A DNA stretch of 54,778 nt, filler included, from Basidiobolus ranarum (lineage: Eukaryota), in NCBI GenBank assembly GCA_040143965.1. It is 5 parts of 5 records of this genome, joined end to end, with 100 filler letters (N's around TTAATTAATTAA, not from the genome) between each part and the next. Parts side by side here need not be neighbours in the genome. Positions count along the whole stretch, not along the records: positions 43,923 to 54,778 come from JASJQH010007535.1; 4 more parts are not named here. One strand, written 5' to 3'. The notes beneath the pieces are model-generated. The model was not told the DNA's origin. It saw nothing but the letters and a program-made list of their open reading frames with translations, and searched no databases. This document shows, in pieces, positions 49,398 through 54,778 of the stretch. A program made the translations under genes and the position numbers. Each line of letters starts with the position of its first letter. Positions within the stretch are counted from its first letter, which is position 1.

Positions 49398-52300
49398 TTA
49401 CGCACTTTTCCCACTGGAGATTGAGCTTCTCGGAGAATAGTCGTCTTCTTCAACTGTTGAGTTACATCCACTAAGAGGTCCATCATTGAGTTGGTCATGA
49501 AACTCCGCCATAATGATAGAACGCGACCCACTGGGAATTTCATCTGATACAGGCTTCCAAGTAATTGAACGTATTAGATTAATCAAGCCCGATGGTGGCC
49601 TACTTCTGGTTGTAGCCACTGACTCGGATATGTCTGACCCACCTGCTTGATATTTGGAGACATCATACGAGCTTCGAGAAGCAACTGATTTACCAGTACG
49701 AACGGAGTTGAAAAGGAATGGAAATTTACTAGTTGTCTGAGAGGTTTCTCGGAGGGTACCATTTCTCCGCGTGGTGGGGATTGCAAGGCCGCCAAAACCA
49801 AGGCTAGAACCACCACCCAAAGTAGCGGGTACGAATACGGAAGATGTGATCGCCTTATCTAAATCACTCATTTCAGTATCCAAATCATACAAATGGCGAA
49901 GTGGATTTTGAGGGAGCCAAAGACATCCAGGCAAAGGTCTAATAAGATCAGGATGAAGGTATGTCTCAAATGGATTAGTGTCATCTTGGAAAGTTTCTCT
50001 GTTAGGGAGAACAGGGATAGAGGGGATTTCTTTGGGATCAGCATGATGGGTAATGGAGGCTTCATGTCCAACCGGTAGTTGCCATAGAAGTGAGAGCAAT
50101 GGAGAAGAGAATATTTGCTGCTGTATTTTAGCCAATTTATGTTTGACTTGAGATTTGGTATCATGTTCAGGATACTTGCAACTAAAGGAGTTGCCCGATA
50201 ATGGTATGTATGTGCCAATGGAGGGCAACTGTCCGGAATCGTCATAAAGTTTGCAATGATTAGGTGCAGATGCTTGAGCAATATTAGGTTCAGGTTCTTT
50301 GGAATCCTTGAGGCTAGGGTTATCCTTGTCTTTATACGCATTTTTCGCGCTGGTGTTTGCAGGACTATCGGAGATTTCCGATATTAAGGGGAAAGTTGGG
50401 TCACTTGTGAATGTTGATCGTGAATTTCGAGGTGATGATATCTCTTGTTTCTTGTCATCATCTGAGGTACTGGAGGTAACGGCGTTAGACTCCATAATCG
50501 GATCGGGGCTGTCGACGAGTGAAGCTTGCAAAGTATGAGAACACTTCCTCTCTATGGCCTCTTCGCGCTCATAAAGCGCATCAAGAGGTACATATTTTGT
50601 GTGGTCCCGATACCTGCTACGACAATAATATATGAAGTAGATTGTACATCCAAGTAATGGAAGCAGCGTCAAACCAGAAATAAAGGAATTCTTGAGAGAA
50701 ATCACCCCTAGCATGGTAAGCTGAAAGATAACAAGGCCGTGGCTGATGTATTGGAAAATGTACTTCCATATTTTGCCATTTGCTTCGTAATTCTTAATAT
50801 AGGCGTAGGCAAATTGATACTTGTAGACAAGGAGTGCAAGTCCAAAGTATATAGTGCCAAAGAATAGAATTAAAGGGTTGATAATAGAGTAAGTAATACA
50901 AATGACTAAAACGAGAATATGAGTTGGAAGATAGTAATAGTATGGGAATGGCCAAGGTTTTCGATGTGTTTGTAGTTCGCGAGGGGTTTTAGAAATCCAA
51001 GAGTTGGCGAAAGCGTAGCAATGGAACAGAGGAGCTCCCACCTGAAGAATTTCAAGACCATGTGAACAGGTCTGCAGGATCACGTAGTTAATAAAGAATG
51101 CAGCTCCCTTCAAATTTCAAGTTTTATCGTTAATACTCGGATATGAACAGACTCTATCCAGGTCTGAGTGTGTAATACCTTTGGTATGTGATCCGCAAGA
51201 ACCTTGATAATACTGGCAGGTGATTGAATGACAGCCAAGATTACTTCAATAAACGCAGATCCGAGAAGAAACACAAACAATACGTTGAAGATTGCAAACC
51301 GATAATACCGGTTAATAGATGCTAATTCTAATTGTGAATACGACGAGAAACTATCAAATGAGGAAAGCCCTAACAAATGCAAGATAATTAGAAACACGCT
51401 TTGACTGATGTGCAGTGACTCGCTTGACAATACCTAGCATTATATTTGGCATCGCAATCATAAAGAGAGAGATGAGTATTGAAGGCAGCATCGTTTCTAT
51501 TAGATTTTTGATCCAAGGGCTTTTTGTAGCAATAATCTGGATCCACGGGAGTCTGGCACTGACTTGATTGTAAGAGGCAAAACTAACGAAGTATGTTGAA
51601 GGGAATAGCCACAGTATCGTCAAGGCCCTGAATCAACAATGAGTCAATGGTCCATAGTAAAAGATACACCAATACGTATTAGTAGACTCGAAGCTTACCA
51701 CACACTGCTATTGACCAAGAAACTACGCAATAGCTTATGTTGAGAATTGAATGTAAGATTAGACCATATTAGATCGCGAGGTTCGGGTGCCATCTTAGTG
51801 TTGCACGATTCGGGATCGGTAGATATAATACTTTGAGCGCACAACTGAGCAGACACCTGCGTCTGGAATGTTACAAAGGCCGTGCCTGTTGGCTTATAGT
51901 AGCTAGCACTCTCTGTTAGTGAACGTAACTCAGCAACGCGCTGCTCAAGTCTGTTAAATTTCTTCAGCATATAGTCGATAGTTATTACAGGTGGCCCGGT
52001 GTGGAAAACTCCAACCCCGTGTTTGGGCTGATACTGGTCTAATAGAGTTCGGTCAATCTGGCATATCAAGCTCCATAAATTACTTGATGAGCTAGCTGGA
52101 TTTATCATGGGTAGATGGGAGTGTTTGCGCGTTTTGCTGTCTACAATCGATAGTATTTTGGTAACTATATTGCTAAGATTACGGGCTTTTTCAGCATTGA
52201 CATTCATATCACCGAATGCTTTGATTCCTTTCTTTCTCAACTTCTTTATCAAATCTCGAGCTAGGCGTATATGACATTCCTCAATCTTTTCCAATGTAGC

Positions 52301-53083
52301 ATTTCTTCGCTTGATTTTACGAGTGAGTTTGCTTACTTGGCGAACAAACACCACAGAATCCACACTCCCAGCGCCTAAGCTGTCAAAGTATTCCCTGAGG
52401 CGTTGTTCGTGCCTGAGGGTTTCGGGGACATGAGTAACCATTATCGTGCGAGTATGAATACATCCTTTCCTAGCCTGTGCTTGTAGGTAAAGAATACGAA
52501 GGTATGCTTGATCTTTGCTATTTTTGTACAAAAGATAAAGCGTATAAAAAGAAAAGAAATGGGTCATTATCCAATGTACCCATAGCATTTTAGATCCATC
52601 AGGGACGTTTCCTATCGAAACTTTTTCAATCTGATCAAGCGAGGTCTCTTGGGCGAAAAAATTCAATGGTAGTATAATTGCGCCAATTATTATTGAGCTA
52701 AACAGCATAAGCTGGAAAGCCATTTTAAGATATCGTATATACATTGCCGCATCTAGGCCAACATGTGATAAGTAAAACTCCTCATTCAAGTTTAAAGTCG
52801 TCCATACCCAACCAAAAGGTGTAGTTGACGGGAGCGGTGTGGGATTTCTTTCAAATAGGAGAAGGTCGACATGTTAGTAGAGTAGCTTTGCTTTCGACAC
52901 ATATCAATATACTAACTTTTCTAAATTACATCTATTAGTATAAAGGTGCTTTGTCAAGCTCCACCTCCGATGGACTTCAAAAGCACCGAAACTGAACACG
53001 GATATAGCTGTGGTTAGAGCCAGTTGAGTTCCTACACCAACCATAGTCGAAGAATAATTTTTGGCATCATCAAGAGTAGTCAT
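49398..53083 (-). CDS. OSCA/TMEM63 (CSC1/RSN1, DUF221) mechanosensitive channel
   Basis: GLDAAMYIRYLK, TAFVTF..AQLCAQ, APEPRDLIWSN and YSIINPLIL..YKYQ. Multi-exon. Confidence 0.92.
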
Positions 53084-53897
53084 GTTGGCATATTACAATT
53101 GAATTGATTGTCTGGTTTTGAATTTAAGTAATCTCTTGGTGAATCTATTATCAGTTATTTACTGGCTCAAATGTTTGGAAAACTTAAAGGAAAGAGAGCT
53201 AAGTTCTTTGGGAGAGTTGGATAAGCGTAATTAGAGCTTATTTTAATTATACTAGATATTTTAATAAAGCCAAGATTGACCGAAACCAACACCTGTCAAT
53301 CAGATACTCAAGATGGATTAGGAGTATTTATCATTGGTTATTTTTAGAATCAAAGTAACTAATGGTCATAATATCGACATATTGAGGCGTTTCTAGAATA
53401 AAAATGGTGACAATAATTACTATTTGTATAGGCTTAATCTCATCATAAAATGCGAATCTACTGTCATTGTCTTTATAATAATATCCTTATCCATCCGTTC
53501 TCAGCCTAACTCTTGGCGTCAAGCTTTAGCTAGCCCTATGATGAAACATACAGATTATTGTGGCCCGAGCCTTGTTCTATTCTGGTGATTATTCATAGAA
53601 CAAGCTTAGCAACTGGAAATTAATCAATAGTTCTGTACAATTCTGGATTATTCTATTAATTAGTCAAGTTGTGATCTACCTCAAGTGGCACAACGGATTC
53701 ACAACAAATGCGAAACATGAACTCTGAAACCTATACAGATAATTCCTCAACGTTACTACCTAAAACTCTCGACTCCATTTACTCCTCATAGTCAAATGCG
53801 ATAAAATGAAATAAATCTAATGACAGTGTTAACAAGTGCTTGTGCAAAGTGTGCAAATTTTATTCTTAAAGATTATATATCCTAAAGCCTAGAAAAT

Positions 53898-54778
53898 TTA
53901 ATCAGACTTGAGGGTTTCCAAGAACTTCTTGTTGGGGGCAGTGTGAACCTTCTTTCCGTTCTTCTTCTTGCCGAGAACTTCAGCACGCTTGACAACCTTG
54001 GAGTAAGGGTTCAAACGGATCATGACACCGTTGTTGCGAAGAGGGTTCTTCTTTTGGGCAATAGCACGCTTTTGGTGCTTGGTACCGGCAGCACGGCAGA
54101 CAGATTGGATCTCATCAGAGTTGATGATACGAGTAACATCAGGGTTAGAGATGATGTGAGCAGGAAGAACGTAATCCTTCTTCAAGGATGAAGACTTCTT
54201 GTAGGTACCGAAGAGAGCATCCAAAAGCTCGAAAGCGCCTTGGGTCCAGATGATGAAACGACCAAGATGGGCACCAGGAGCCAATTGGAGAAGGTTAAGA
54301 CGACGAACGTTAACCAACTCAACACCGGGAAGATTACGGAAAGCACGGACAATACCGTTATCCTCGTTATATACAACAAGAGGACCACGACGTTGTCTGT
54401 GACGACGGTTTCTAAGTTTACCCTTACCAGCACGGATCTTACGAGAGTTGGCGACCTTGACAACATCGTTGTAGGCGTTGAGAGCCTTAAGGAGAGCAAC
54501 AGCGGCCTTAGTCTTGGTGAAAGACTCAACAGCGTTGGCAACGACAAGAGGAATTTCCTCAATTTGCTCAACACGGTGACCACGAGCCAAAACCAAGGAA
54601 GGAATGGCAGAGGCAGCCAAAGCAGAAGCAGTAGCGAAACGCTTCTGGTTCAAGTTGGTCTTGACGTGCCATTTTCTCCAGATTTTAGTAGGGGCAAACA
54701 TACGGCCACCACGGCACATATTACCGAATGCAGCTTGTCCAGAGCGGTGAGTACCACCACCACCAACACTAGGAATAC
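53898..54778 (-). CDS. RPL4: 60S ribosomal protein L4 (uL4), 5'-partial
   Basis: [37 protein letters not shown] and [13 protein letters not shown]. Confidence 0.98.
   Translation of the reverse strand, partial: IPSVGGGGTHRSGQAAFGNMCRGGRMFAPTKIWRKWHVKTNLNQKRFATASALAASAIPSLVLARGHRVEQIEEIPLVVANAVESFTKTKAAVALLKALNAYNDVVKVANSRKIRAGKGKLRNRRHRQRRGPLVVYNEDNGIVRAFRNLPGVELVNVRRLNLLQLAPGAHLGRFIIWTQGAFELLDALFGTYKKSSSLKKDYVLPAHIISNPDVTRIINSDEIQSVCRAAGTKHQKRAIAQKKNPLRNNGVMIRLNPYSKVVKRAEVLGKKKNGKKVHTAPNKKFLETLKSD

Overview
Eukaryotic, intron-containing DNA from an early-diverging fungus. Gene content, 50-90 nt GT-AG introns and a CBM19-type secreted protein fit Zoopagomycota/Mucoromycota, e.g. Basidiobolus-like; this is inferred, not proven. 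The window is not one locus: five contigs of 10908, 10878, 10871, 10865 and 10856 bp are joined by artificial N44-TTAATTAATTAA-N44 spacers. Contigs 2-5 carry mostly housekeeping genes: Swa2/auxilin, RNPS1, Ssk1-type response regulator, BRAT1, Aquarius, an SRSF4/5/6-type SR protein, NmrA-like, SURF1, VID27, a Pcl cyclin, pescadillo, an OSR1/SPAK-type kinase, TMEM63/OSCA and RPL4. Contig 1 is the unusual one. Its minus strand holds a decayed long reading frame whose fragments, read by hand, follow the motif order of a negative-strand RNA virus L polymerase (a candidate endogenous viral element). An intact, intronless secreted protein gene (CFEM-like + CBM19-like) sits antisense inside it between motifs A and B, flanked by TACAG direct repeats. 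The chimeric 3256-bp unit is tandemly duplicated next to an older diverged copy. All identifications come from motif recognition without database searches.
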